NCBI GenBank assembly: GCA_002269645.1
Contig: NIVC01000528.1
Span: 186,001-250,000, forward strand
Reading direction: 5' to 3'
DNA: 64,000 nucleotides
From: Macrostomum lignano
Lineage: Eukaryota
Shown here: piece by piece, positions 44,802 to 57,083 of the stretch
How positions within the stretch are numbered: position 1 is the stretch's first letter
Layout of the letters: each line of letters starts with the position of its first letter
Position numbers and translations under genes: made by a program
Notes under the pieces: model-generated
Told to the model about the DNA's origin: nothing
Seen by the model: only the letters and a program-made list of their open reading frames with translations
The model's database searches: none

Positions 44802-45684
44802 GCTTGAGCAGAGCCACTTTGGTTGAGCTTAGCCCTTGCCCTAGCAACCACTGCTAAAATAGCGTTGAGAGCCGTTTAATGAGGCCCCGAATGTCTCGAG
44901 CAGTTCGGCCAATGGGACTCGAGCGCCCTGCCATCTGCGTATGAGTGGCTCAAATTGGGGCAGAGAGAAGCTCAGCTCTCGAGTTCCACGGCCGCATTAA
45001 TCTGGGGCTGTTGCACGAAAACTGGCCCGGGTATTGGGCGATTCCCACCCATGGGCACCAACCGCGAAGGCGCGGAGAGTTGTACACGGGAAAGTCAGGG
45101 GCCGCTGCATGTACACCCTGTGTGAGCGCCTGCGTACACATCCGAGTGTGTGCTCAGGCCTCAGCGGAATGGCGCCTGGCTGCGAGATGGCTGTCGCATT
45201 GATTGAGGGGGGCAGCCCCCCCCCCAATGCCCCCATGCCAAGTTGACTAAAAAATAATGAGCGCCATGCTTCTCTGAAGCCATTAAGTATTAACTCTTTC
45301 TTCTGATGGCCAGTTTCATTCAAAGAAATTCCATGAAACTCACTGAATCGATAGCTCTAATTGCTTTCAAACAAAGGGAAAAGGATAAAAAAACGTATAG
45401 TACACTGGTACCTCTTCAAAATAGAAGACAGTTGTATAGAATTAGTCCGAGTCTGAGCTAAAATAAGTTTTTTATTATAGTTTTATTGCCTATTTACCAC
45501 AGCCAGCTACCTTGTGTCTGCCTGCATTAGTACAGGTTTGTGCCGCCAGTGCAAACCGGCTTTAGTCAGCCAGCCCAGCTTGGCCTTGGGCTGGGTGTTG
45601 GTCGGGGTCGTTGCTCTGTATGCTTATAACCCCGCGGTGTTACAGTTGGGGCGGCTGTTCGCCCGCGCTCAATCCCGTCTCTAA

Positions 45685-45985
45685 GTCCCGTCTCAAAGGT
45701 CAGGAGTCCCGTCTCAAAGGTCAGGAGTCTCGTCTCAAAGGTCAGGAGTCCCGTATCAAAGGTCAGGAGTCCTATCTCGAAGGTCAGGATTCCCATCTCA
45801 AAGGTCAGGAATCCCGTCTCAAAGGTCAGGAGTCCCGTCTCAAAGGTCAGGAGTCCTATCTCAAAGGTCAGGATTCCCATCTCAAAGGTCAGGAATCCCG
45901 TCTCAAAGGTCAGGAGTCCCGTCTCAAAGGTCAGGAGTCCTATCTCAAAGGTCAGGAATCCCGTCTCAAAGGTCAGGAGTCCAGT
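45685..45985. repeat. 21-bp minisatellite CTCAAAGGTCAGGAGTCCCGT
   Basis: About 14 tandem copies. Confidence 0.95.
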
Positions 45986-46072
45986 CTCCAGATCTCAGAG
46001 TTGCATTCGAGCTCGTACAATCCATGTTCTGTGGCGAAGCTGTGGCAGCAGTTGTTAAAAGCAAACTGATTA

Positions 46073-46959
46073 CAGTAGAAAGACCATGGGGGTGTATTTC
46101 AAATACACACATTTTTCTTTTGTCTGGATCTCCGAAAATATTCAACCAATTGCCATCAAAATCCAGAACACGGGCTAAAATTTTCCGCTCTATTCGATGA
46201 AGCAACTCCGAGAATCACGAAAAATCGGCATCTTCGAGATATTAAACGATTCTCCTCGGGGTGTCCGGTAGCAAAAACCACCAACATTGGCAAATTTTTT
46301 CTGTTCACAAAATCTCATCATGAAACCACGTCGGCTCAGGAAACTATGCATATCAGTCGTAAAGGCCTTTCTTCTCAGCATCCCAGGAACTAGGGTCCCC
46401 TTCATCACCGTTTGGAGCATCGGCGGCGACCGTCGGGACCTTCAACAAAAGCACCCGATCGGCATCGCAGAGGCGGCTGCGTTCCCAAAACTGAAATGAA
46501 AGAATCCTCGTCTGCATGCAGCATTCAGTCAGCAGACATAATCGGTGAATGAAATGGACGACGGCGACCCTCTAGGTTGACCTGTAGACATACAAGCGAC
46601 CTTCGGGACCTTCAACGGAGTGCCACCACGCGGCCCCGACTAGCTGGCACCCCCAACATCGTGATTTTTCTATCAAGGCACCAAACCAGGCATGTCTGCA
46701 TATTATACTATGCTTTTGCACCGTGTTAAATTGGTGAGTTACAGATTTAACTGGCCCAAAGCCAGTTATGACTTTGAAAGTCGGATGACTTTGAAAGTTA
46801 ATTCGTTGGAAAGGGGGGGGGGAATTTTGATCCAAATGGTGGACTTTTACGAAAATCGTTTATTCGGTTTGCGAGCTACGGTGAAATTGGTTGTGTGTAT
46901 TTGTAATGCACCCTCCATGGTCTTTCCCCATGGGGAAAAATAGCGTGGTCTTTCTACTG
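46073..46959. mobile_element. Non-autonomous DNA transposon (MITE-like, 887 bp)
   Basis: Termini CAGTAGAAAGACCA / TGGTCTTTCTACTG; a second match of ~33 bp (AAAGACCATGG..GTG.ATT.CAAATACACAC) between 46078-46110 and 46893-46925; TTA on both flanks. Confidence 0.72.
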
Positions 46960-48153
46960 TTAAAAACTGGTGAAACACACAAAAATGTCTCTCAGGTACT
47001 CCACTGCTTCTCTTAATCCTATTGAGTCACGAACAGCTGCAACCGTTTCTGGCTTAGCTCAGAGCGCTATGCTCCATCCCAATCCTTAGTGCCGGCTGCA
47101 GCGGGGGCTCAGGCAGGATTCAGAGGCCGCAAGGACGTTATCAGGAACGGAAGTTGCTGCCCTTTCACGAGCGAGGATCAGGTGCGCTTATTTTAATTAG
47201 CACACCTTGATAGAGTGGGCACCATAATTTAGTGATTTTTTTGTAGCCTATTTTTGCTTTGCAAACTGCAAATGATTTCGCATTTAAACAAAATACATGC
47301 AGCATGCGTTTTAAGCACAGTTTAATGCGCAATGCAATACGCTTTTACGCTACTGTTAGTAGTTCGGGTGCCGGAAATGTCAGTAGTTAGGTTACTTAAG
47401 GCTTTGCATCATCAAGTAGCCTCAGGTGCTGCATTTGCGTGCCCTTTCAGTTGCTTTGATCGGTATCTACATGCAAGCTCTTAATCTTTCCTTTGACGTG
47501 CAACTGACGAAAAACTGTTTTCGACAAACGAAAAATGGGGCTTTTTAAATATATTTAAGACTCTTGTAGTGTCAGTGCTGCAATTGCTGAGGCCAGGTCA
47601 TTCTGCGTCTTGCTATTAATAAATGAATATTTTTAGACCAAAATTAAAATTTAACGTTGCCATGGAAACTCACTGGCTATTACCGTTTACTTTCCACAAA
47701 GTTTTTCTGTTGAAATTTTCAACATGGTGCGTCTGCCGTTACATCCTTATCCCTTTATGAACTCCCCATCGACAAGAATTGCTTCGCTCTGCTTTCTTTT
47801 CTCTGACTACTCTTTCAGCCCCACCTGAAGATGTGAGATCCTCTGAGGGCCTGCCTTTACAACGTAGCATTTTACTCAGCATAATAAGTTTTCCACTCTG
47901 CTCACTGCGCAACTTGACTATTGGGATGCTGCTCAGCCATGCACCGCATCTCTCAGTGAGATGGGGGTAGCAAAGAAGCAGCAAAAATTGCTGTGCTCAA
48001 CTTCCCAAGCAAGACAATGAGTGCTTTAGGATTTAAGAGGTTTTAAAGAGAGTTAGGCGCCATCTTCAGCAAGGCCAGATATGCAGTCACCGACGGTATA
48101 TAGCCAGAGAAAAGTGCTGACGATTCCTAGAAAGTCAAACGAGACAGCTCGGC

Positions 48154-48900
48154 ATGCGGGCTCCAAAACTGCTGGCCCTGATGCTGGCAATTGCCTGGGC
48201 TGAAGTGTCAGGCCAGCCGCCGTCTGTCAGCCACCTCAAGTACGTCGGCTGCTTCACTGACACTTCCGACAACAGAGATTTGAAGGGCCTGATGGGATAC
48301 TCCAATATTGGACCATTTAATGTCTACGCTTCGGACGGATTTGTCTACGATCCATCCATGACCCTCGAGCTCTGCAGCCGCATCTGCGCTATGGGCAGAT
48401 TCCACTACTTTGGAGCGCAGGCCAGGGATTTCTGCTTCTGCGGCTCCTCCTACGGACTGCATGGGAGCGCTCCGGAATCTGAATTCTCCCAAGTCTGCGG
48501 TGGCAACGCCTCGCAAGTGTGCGGTGGACAGAATATTAATTCCGTGTACGAGAACATCTACAACCCGCGTAAGACTTTCAAAAAATAAACAACTATGTGT
48601 TTTCAACACAATTTAATTTTGAAATGAACTCGAAGGAATTCATGCGAAATTTCAGCCCGCGGAGTCTACAAGCCGATGGCCTCCAACTCATCAATTCTTG
48701 TCGCCGACTCCGGCACCGTTGGCGCCTACTTGAGCCAGGAGGCCGCTCTGAAGTTCGAGTGCTTCGCCGCCTGCCACCGCAGCCCGGACTGCCTCGCCTG
48801 CGCCTTCGTGCAGTCCAGCCGGATGTGCCGCCTCATGAGATTCGCCGCTGTGCCCAGCGAGGTCGCCAATGAGACCCAGTGGGTCTGGGTGAAGATGTGA
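48154..48900 (+). CDS. Secreted WSC-domain plus PAN/apple-like protein, 219 aa, 2 exons
   Basis: Exon 1 48154-48568: signal peptide; YVGCFTD..RDL, MTLELCSRIC, YFGAQ..FCFCG, CGG...CGG.N.NSVY. Donor C|GTAAG (phase 1) joins exon 2 48656-48900 with CFAACHRSPDCLACAF...CRL. Confidence 0.88.
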
Positions 48901-49746
48901 TCGGCACTGAGAATTCAAGTTGAATGCTGTAGAAGACAAGTCGAAAATTGCAGGCGAAAAATAACAATTTAAAAACAGAAAATTTGTTTTCCAACCCGAG
49001 AGTAAGACGCTTTGATTCAGCAGAATATCCCAGTGCTTGAAATGTATGCCAAACGAGGTTCTAAATTGATAGCCGCGCGGTTTGCTGCATGCAAATCTAA
49101 TCAGATGTCGCCACGGCTTTTTCTAGAGTCAGTTGCTGTACTGAAACTTGACACGGGTTGTGTCCCACCAGGGACTGTCGCAAAAGCATGTCGCCAGTCA
49201 GCCTTTGATGTACCTCGACAGAGTCAGGCTCAGCATTCTAGGGCTATTTTCGCTGAGCTACAGATATGTTAATGCTGGTTAAACTCCTGATATAAGAATA
49301 GTATACTTTCCCTTTCTTACTAATCTTAGTACAGTCTCACAAAAAGTTAGAAACTGTCTCAGTCAGCTGCTAAGGCAACCGATTGTGCTCTTACAGAAAG
49401 CACCCAGAATGCCTCAGGCCTGCCTAAGAGTCCTTCTGTTTGAGTAGCCTTGCTTTTCGATACGACTCAAGCAGATGCGATGAGTCTGGAGAGCGGCTGA
49501 AACAACGCCCACTTATGCCGTCAGTGAAAAGCGAGCAGACAATGCAGAAGTCAAGAAGACACGACGGAGTTCTTGAAAGAGCAGAATGAATGTCTGCGTC
49601 TTAGGGGAGAATTAAACTGAGCCAAGAAGAAGCTTCAAACAATGCGCTTTGTTAGACTTCTGCTGGAAAATACGTTGATGAGACTGCATATGCTTGTGCT
49701 CTAGGCCTTGCTGCATGAGCAGGAACTTCTCATGGACTACATGAGA

Positions 49747-51949
49747 GCATGCCTAAGAACGCGGGCACGCATGCAGACACGCTCTTACCACAGGCATACA
49801 GCAGCCCTGGCACTTTCATTGTCATGCATGCCTAAGCACACGGGCACGCATGCAGACACGCTCTTACCACAGGCATACAGCAGCCCTGGCACTTTCATTG
49901 TCATGCATGCCTAAGCACGCGGGCACGCATGCAGACACGCTCTTACCACAGGCATACAGCAGCCCTGGCACTTTCATTGTCATGCATGCCTAAGCACGCG
50001 GGCACGCATGCAGACACGCTCTTACCACAGGCATACAGCAGCCCTGGCACTTTCATTGTCATGCATGCCTAAGCACGCGGGCACGCATGCAGACACGCTC
50101 TTACCACAGGCATACAGCAGCCCTGGCACTTTCATTGTCATGCATGCCTAAGCACGCGGGCACGCATGCAGACACGCTCTTACCACAGGCATACAGCAGC
50201 CCTGGCACTTTCATTGTCATGCATGCCTAAGCACGCGGGCACGCATGCAGACACGCTCTTACCACAGGCATACAGCAGCCCTGGCACTTTCATTGTCATG
50301 CATGCCTAAGCACGCGGGCACGCATGCAGACACGCTCTTACCACAGGCATACAGCAGCCCTGGCACTTTCATTGTCATGCATGCCTAAGCACGCGGGCAC
50401 GCATGCAGACACGCTCTTACCACAGGCATACAGCAGCCCTGGCACTTTCATTGTCATGCATGCCTAAGCACGCGGGCACGCATGCAGACACGCTCTTACC
50501 ACAGGCATACAGCAGCCCTGGCACTTTCATTGTCATGCATGCCTAAGCACGCGGGCACGCATGCAGACACGCTCTTACCACAGGCATACAGCAGCCCTGG
50601 CACTTTCATTGTCATGCATGCCTAAGCACGCGGGCACGCATGCAGACACGCTCTTACCACAGGCATACAGCAGCCCTGGCACTTTCATTGTCATGCATGC
50701 CTAAGCACGCGGGCACGCATGCAGACACGCTCTTACCACAGGCATACAGCAGCCCTGGCACTTTCATTGTCATGCATGCCTAAGCACGCGGGCACGCATG
50801 CAGACACGCTCTTACCACAGGCATACAGCAGCCCTGGCACTTTCATTGTCATGCATGCCTAAGAACGCGGGCACGCATGCAGACACGCTCTTACCACAGG
50901 CATACAGCAGCCCTGGCACTTTCATTGTCATGCATGCCTAAGCACGCGGGCACGCATGCAGACACGCTCTTACCACAGGCATACAGCAGCCCTGGCACTT
51001 TCATTGTCATGCATGCCTAAGCACGCGGGCACGCATGCAGACACGCTCTTACCACAGGCATACAGCAGCCCTGGCACTTTCATTGTCATGCATGCCTAAG
51101 CACGCGGGCACGCATGCAGACACGCTCTTACCACAGGCATACAGCAGCCCTGGCACTTTCATTGTCATGCATGCCTAAGCACGCGGGCACGCATGCAGAC
51201 ACGCTCTTACCACAGGCATACAGCAGCCCTGGCACTTTCATTGTCATGCATGCCTAAGCACGCGGGCACGCATGCAGACACGCTCTTACCACAGGCATAC
51301 AGCAGCCCTGGCACTTTCATTGTCATGCATGCCTAAGAACGCGGGCACGCATGCAGACACGCTCTTACCACAGGCATACAGCAGCCCTGGCACTTTCATT
51401 GTCATGCATGCCTAAGCACGCGGGCACGCATGCAGACACGCTCTTACCACAGGCATACAGCAGCCCTGGCACTTTCATTGTCATGCATGCCTAAGCACGC
51501 GGGCACGCATGCAGACACGCTCTTACCACAGGCATACAGCAGCCCTGGCACTTTCATTGTCATGCATGCCTAAGCACGCGGGCACGCATGCAGACACGCT
51601 CTTACCACAGGCATACAGCAGCCCTGGCACTTTCATTGTCATGCATGCCTAAGCACGCGGGCACGCATGCAGACACGCTCTTACCACAGGCATACAGCAG
51701 CCCTGGCACTTTCATTGTCATGCATGCCTAAGCACGCGGGCACGCATGCAGACACGCTCTTACCACAGGCATACAGCAGCCCTGGCACTTTCATTGTCAT
51801 GCATGCCTAAGCACGCGGGCACGCATGCAGACACGCTCTTACCACAGGCATACAGCAGCCCTGGCACTTTCATTGTCATGCATGCCTAAGCACACGGGCA
51901 CGCATGCAGACACGCTCTTACCACAGGCATACAGCAGCCCTGGCACTTT
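49747..51949. repeat. Highly homogeneous 79-bp tandem array, about 28 copies
   Basis: Unit GCACGCGGGCACGCATGCAGACACGCTCTTACCACAGGCATACAGCAGCCCTGGCACTTTCATTGTCATGCATGCCTAA, with only a handful of variant positions. Confidence 0.99.
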
Positions 51950-52465
51950 TTCATCGTGTCAGATTAGACAGATGAGCCTCGTTGGCGCATATTGAGCACA
52001 CTTAAAGCAACAGGGTGTAATAAACTAATAATTGCTTCCTTTCCAACGTCTGCATGTAATCGTTCCAAGAGGCTAAATGTATAAGATAGCTACTTTAGAA
52101 CTATACTTAAAAGTGCTGTACTTAAAAGTACTTAAAAGTGCGGCGCTTCAGTGCCAATTGCAGCTCAAAAGACAAAGTAAAGAAGTTACATTTACGTGGC
52201 AGGCATTGTGAGTTCTGAAGACATTCTATTAAGCAAACAAGGAACCTTCTCAAGCACATACTTGATTTTAGAAGGACTTATTACAGAGGTATACACTTGA
52301 GCAGAAACAATTAACAAAAGCAAGACTTCCTAACTCTCTTTAACACTTCGACTCCCAATCCTAGCTGATGGAGGCTGGAAACTCTTTTAAAAGGCTAGAC
52401 TGCTGCTCACGAGAGTAGAACATGTCCCTTCCGTTGCCGGCTCCCTGCTGCAACTGCAATTAAGC

Positions 52466-53039
52466 ATGCGACCTCAGCAGCTGCTCTGCCTTCTACTCGC
52501 CTTTGCCTGGCCTGAAGCGTCCAGCACATCGGCTGCTTTGTTGATGGCGATGACGGCAACAGAGATTTGACGGGTCTGGCTGGTGTCAGAAATGTGGCAC
52601 CCAACGCTGTCTTCAGTGTGGAAAGCGGTTGGGTTTACGGGCCATCCGACATGAGCCTCGGCGTGCAGACCAGAGCCGTCTGCTTCTGCGGCTCCAGCTA
52701 CGGCCGGGTAAGATTTAGGCCACTTACAGTTCAGTGCAGCACCAAGCAAAAGTATTGCCACTGTATCTGGGCAGTTTCTTTGACACTGCAGCTACCGGAG
52801 TCTTCAAGCCAGCTCTGATCACCAAAGCCACCATCCTTGTCACTAACCCTGACATCAATGGCACCTACTGGAGCCGGGAGGCCTACCTTGATCTCGAGTG
52901 CCTCGCCGCCTGCCGCCGCAGCCCGGACTGCCTCGCCTGCGCCTTCGTGCAGTCCAGCCGGATGTGCCGCCTAATGAGATTCGCCGCTGTGTCCAGCGAG
53001 GTCGCCAGCGAGGCCCAGTGGGTCTGGATGAAGATGTGA
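52466..53039 (+). pseudogene. Decayed paralog of the WSC+PAN-like gene
   Basis: Signal peptide MRPQQLLCLLLAFAWPEAS, then a frameshift to HIGCFVDGDDGNRDL...VCFCGSSYGR with the WSC LELCSRIC segment and the C-terminal half deleted; exon 2 (52792-53039) is intact, ending CLAACRRSPDCLACAF...WVWMKM*. Confidence 0.8.
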
Positions 53040-53199
53040 ACGAGAACGAGTGAACGAAGTGCTGAAGGAAACATTAAAAACCCGTCACTAAAACTATTGC
53101 GCTATTCCCAGGCCCAGAGGTTCGATTTTTTGTTCGAGTTAAGCCAGCAAACCATTTGAAACTATAAGAAATGATAGGTTTTTTATTATGTACATAAAA

Positions 53200-53635
53200 C
53201 GTGAGCACCCGCCCCCATGAGCACCAGCCCCCCATGAGCACCAGCCCCCCATGAACACCAGCAACCATAAACACCAGCCCCCCATGAGCACCCGCCCCAT
53301 GAGCACCAGCCCCCCATGAGCACCAGCCCCCATGAGCACCCGCCCCCATGAGCACCAGCCCCCATGAGCACCAGCCCCCCATGAACACCAGCAACCATAA
53401 ACACCAGCCTCCCATGAGCACCCGCCCCCATGAGCACCAGCCCCCCATGAGCACCAGCCCCCATGAGCACCAGCAACCATAAACACCAACCCCCAATGAG
53501 CACCAGCCCCCATGAACACCAGCCCCCATGAACACCAGCAACCATAAATACCAGCCCCCCATGAGCACCCGCCTCCATGAGCACCAGCCCCTCATGAGCA
53601 CCAGCCCCCCATGAGCACCCGCCCCCATGAGCACC
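53200..53635. repeat. 16-18-bp minisatellite CATGAGCACCAGCCCC(CC)
   Basis: Directly visible. Confidence 0.95.
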
Positions 53636-54573
53636 CGCTCCTCCTGAGCTCCCAGCTCATGTGTCTAACACGTTCTACTCCTGCAGACTAACGCGCGCAG
53701 GAGTCAAAGCAAAACAATTTAAGTCTATAGGAGCGGTGAAATACATGAAATTGCAGCAGAGACCCACGCTAGCCGGAGCTCTTGCTCAAGAGCAGCAGGC
53801 GGGTAGGCAGCTCCGGACAAAGCCTCAGCGTGGCCTCGGGTGAAAGGCGACAACTTGTTGGCTGGGTTGGGTGCTCGCAACGCAGCCACCCAACACCTGG
53901 CACCTGGCATCTGCAACATGAAGAGGAGACAGGACTGACTGAGATGGCAAAAGAAAGTGGCGGAAAAAAGATAGAAAAATTCAGCTTTTGTTTCTTTTAG
54001 AAGCCGTCTTCTCGTACTTGATTAGTCAAAGGGGCTTCGTTGAACCCTTTGAACTCTCCAAGACAAGCAGATTAAAGGGACTGGCTACGTCGCGCTCAAA
54101 GCGGCGTTCAATCAGCTCCGCCATCAATATTGAACAGGTAATCTCCTGCAAATGTGGAGCTAATTCCAATACGTTCACTTGTAAAAATTGTAAATGCTTG
54201 AAATAAAATATTAGCAGTCACTGCTCGTTAGAATTTACTGATTAAAAGTAGGAATTAGAGGCTTTATTTTTACATTGTTTATTTACATTGCCGTTGAAAT
54301 TACACTCTGTAACCTTAACTGTTTGATTACATAAAATATTTTTTCCAATGCAATTCAAGCCAATTCGAGTTCGCATAAACAAAACCAGCAATTGATTTCA
54401 CAGGGGTTGCAGGCAGATCGCTAAGATATTTCAAGTCAGTTCAGTAAAAATGCTAATGTACATGCTAAATAGGTGTGCAGTGCTATACACAGAATAAAAA
54501 GGTCGCTTGCAGGACTTCATTACTTGTTGTTTTAATCCTTTGAATTTAGCTGACGTTGCTACAGCTGTAAAGC

Positions 54574-55767
54574 ATGCCGAGTTACCAGGCATTCGCCTTA
54601 GAGAGAGCATTTGATGAGTACGAGTTCAAGTCGGGCGTGCTGCAGCTCTCCTGCTCGGATGGCGAGCCGCTGAAGATGGCGGAGCTGCTGGAGGTGGCCG
54701 ACAGCGAGTGCAGGCAGCTCTGGGAAGGCCTTAGCCTCGGCTACACCCAGGTGAACGGGCATCCTCTGCTAATTAGCGAGTTGGCTAAGGAGGACCTGCC
54801 GACCGGCGCTTCCGGCTGCCAAGTGGTGCCAGTGGTGCCCCAGGAAGGCATTTTGCTGGCCATGATGGCTCTGAGAGACCAGATTAAATCGGAGCAAAAT
54901 TCCAAGGACTTCGAAGCCATCGTGACCTGGCCAAGCTACCAAAGCTTGCACGAGACGCTGCGAGCTCAGGGAGTCAAGATGAAGCAGTGGAACCTGCGAG
55001 TCTCCAGCAACAATCAGTGGCTGTTCGATGTCAACGAGCTGAAGACTCTGGTTGGACCTGAGACGCGGCTTTTAGTAGTAAATTTTCCCCACAATCCCAG
55101 CAGATTCGTGCCAGATTCCAGCAGCTGGAGAGAGATAATCCGAGTGTGCGAGACTCGCGGTCTTTATTTGTTTTCGGACGAGATTTACAACGCCTGCATC
55201 CGCCAGCCTCAGTCTCCAGGCCAGCAGCTCGCCGTGGAGCCAGCCGCGAAGTTGTACGACCGAGCCATCTCGATGAGCGGCTTGTCGAAGAGTTTCGGAC
55301 TGGCCGGCCTGCGGCTGGGCTGGCTGGCGACCCGGAACAGCAGCTTGATCGCGCGCTGCCGCCTGCTCAAGGACTACACGACAATCTGCGTGGCCGGCCC
55401 CGTTGAGGTTCTGGGTCTGATGGCGCTGCGGAGTTCGCGCGAACTGGTCCAGCGAGTGTGCAGCATTGTGGAGGAGAATACTCAGGCCAGTCGGCAGTTT
55501 TTTGCTCGCTACGACCAGCTCTTCGTTTGGCGCGAGCCCGAGGCTGGGACCACCGCTCTGGTGGAAATGTGCGGCCCATTGCTGGACAAGTTCTCCGGAA
55601 GTGGCGAAAAATTTTGTCGGTTTCTGGTTGAAAGGTACGACATTTTTGTCGTCAGTGCGTCTTTGCTGCAGTTCTCGGACCGCTACTTCCGCGTCGGACT
55701 GGGGCGGCGGGATTTTCATCGGGTGCTCGCGCGATTTAAGAAGGCGCTTAGCGAGCTGATGGACTGA
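54574..55767 (+). CDS. Fold-type I PLP-dependent aminotransferase (class I/II), intronless, 397 aa
   Basis: NFPHNP, LFSDEIY, SGLSKSFGLAGLRLGWL (Schiff-base Lys) and FRVGLGR motifs; N-terminus FALERAFDEYEF...LSCSDGEPL..ELL. Confidence 0.93.
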   Translation: MPSYQAFALERAFDEYEFKSGVLQLSCSDGEPLKMAELLEVADSECRQLWEGLSLGYTQVNGHPLLISELAKEDLPTGASGCQVVPVVPQEGILLAMMALRDQIKSEQNSKDFEAIVTWPSYQSLHETLRAQGVKMKQWNLRVSSNNQWLFDVNELKTLVGPETRLLVVNFPHNPSRFVPDSSSWREIIRVCETRGLYLFSDEIYNACIRQPQSPGQQLAVEPAAKLYDRAISMSGLSKSFGLAGLRLGWLATRNSSLIARCRLLKDYTTICVAGPVEVLGLMALRSSRELVQRVCSIVEENTQASRQFFARYDQLFVWREPEAGTTALVEMCGPLLDKFSGSGEKFCRFLVERYDIFVVSASLLQFSDRYFRVGLGRRDFHRVLARFKKALSELMD

Positions 55768-57083
55768 GCTGTCGCCCCTATCTGTCGCCCCTTGTGAGCC
55801 TCTGCGCCTCTGACATAAAATGGTCAGCCCTAAAGACAATAAGAGAACGGCAACACCTAGCAGCGCCCCTGTCAACTGAAGTGGTGAATCGAAAACCCTG
55901 ACTACTCCCAGGAGAACTAGGAGGATGCAGTTGTCCAGCTCAAATATATTTTATTGTCCATAATCTTTTGTGCGTGTTTACATGGTTTTTTGCCACAATT
56001 TATGTCACTTGACACAAGAGGCCTATCTGTAAACATTTTGCCGGGGTAATCATGCCAGTAGTTTCCGCACTTCCTGTCCCATACGCCAGGAGCTGCGTCC
56101 CACCACCCCTTAAGCAGAGACATCGTCATTTCCGTCTCTAACGAGACAGGGACCCCGCCCTGCTGCGTCTGCCTTGGAGCAGCCTATAGACGAAGATTGG
56201 ACTCTGCTCGGACGTTCATCGGGAGTCTGGTACACCAACCGGAGGACTCTTCAGCTGGGGATCCTTTGTGGCTGTGCTTGGTGAAGATACCAGGCGTACT
56301 AGACTACTGCGAGTAATACGAGGTAGCGTGAAATCTATGGTTGCCAGCTGCTCAGACAAGAAGGGTCCGACATCCAGGGGTTGCAATGTTTTGAGAGAAG
56401 GAGAGAAAAGGGGAAGCATGTACGCACTCTGCGTGTATAAGTAGAAAGTAGAGAAAATAAGTGGCTATTCGTGATATATTGAGAGTAAAAAGGATGACGC
56501 AAATATTCAACGGCAAAATAAAAAGAGGAGTATCGTGGATGAGATGTCACGAAAGAAAAAATTACTAGGGAATTTAGGGGGAGTTGCATTGAGGGCCAGA
56601 TCCATCCAGCGTTGGAACCCTGAGTGCAGGAGCCGCCCGGAACAAAAAATGAATTGGGCTCTCAGCGCCCGGCGGACCCCGGTAGGAGCATAATCTAATT
56701 TCTGGTCAGACTGCGCCTGATTGAGAGCAGGCTTAAGTCCCCTGTGCAAACAGACCCAGAGACGGACTGCAATGACAAATGCCTGCAGAAATATTGTTTT
56801 ATGATACAGCATAAATGCACTGCATTAATCCCAGACGGGAGCCATTAGCTACTGCACTTGATTGGTACGCGTAAATTCTCGAGCAGCCTCTCAGTGGCAC
56901 TTTCATAGATTTTTTTGTTGCATTGTTTGCTCCAGGTAACCAATTATTTCAGTCTAGGGGTCAGTGCAAAAGAGTCACATATAACCCGCAGAAAATCAAA
57001 GTCAAACACGGGATTCTTTCATGCAGGCGCATAGGCAGAATTTACTGACGAATACTGCACTTAATCTGTAACTAGGAAATAGC

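Noticed and set aside
49400-49740. Coiled-coil-like peptide EFLKEQNECLRLRGELN*AKKKLQ
   Set aside because: Short, interrupted by a stop, with no identifiable family.
49747-51949. CRISPR-like or ribozyme-bearing array
   Set aside because: No unique spacers, no cas genes, eukaryotic context; no CUGAnGA/GAAA core on either strand.
55850-56990. Possible LTR or other element between the aminotransferase and channel genes
   Set aside because: Could not identify paired termini, a TSD or coding motifs.
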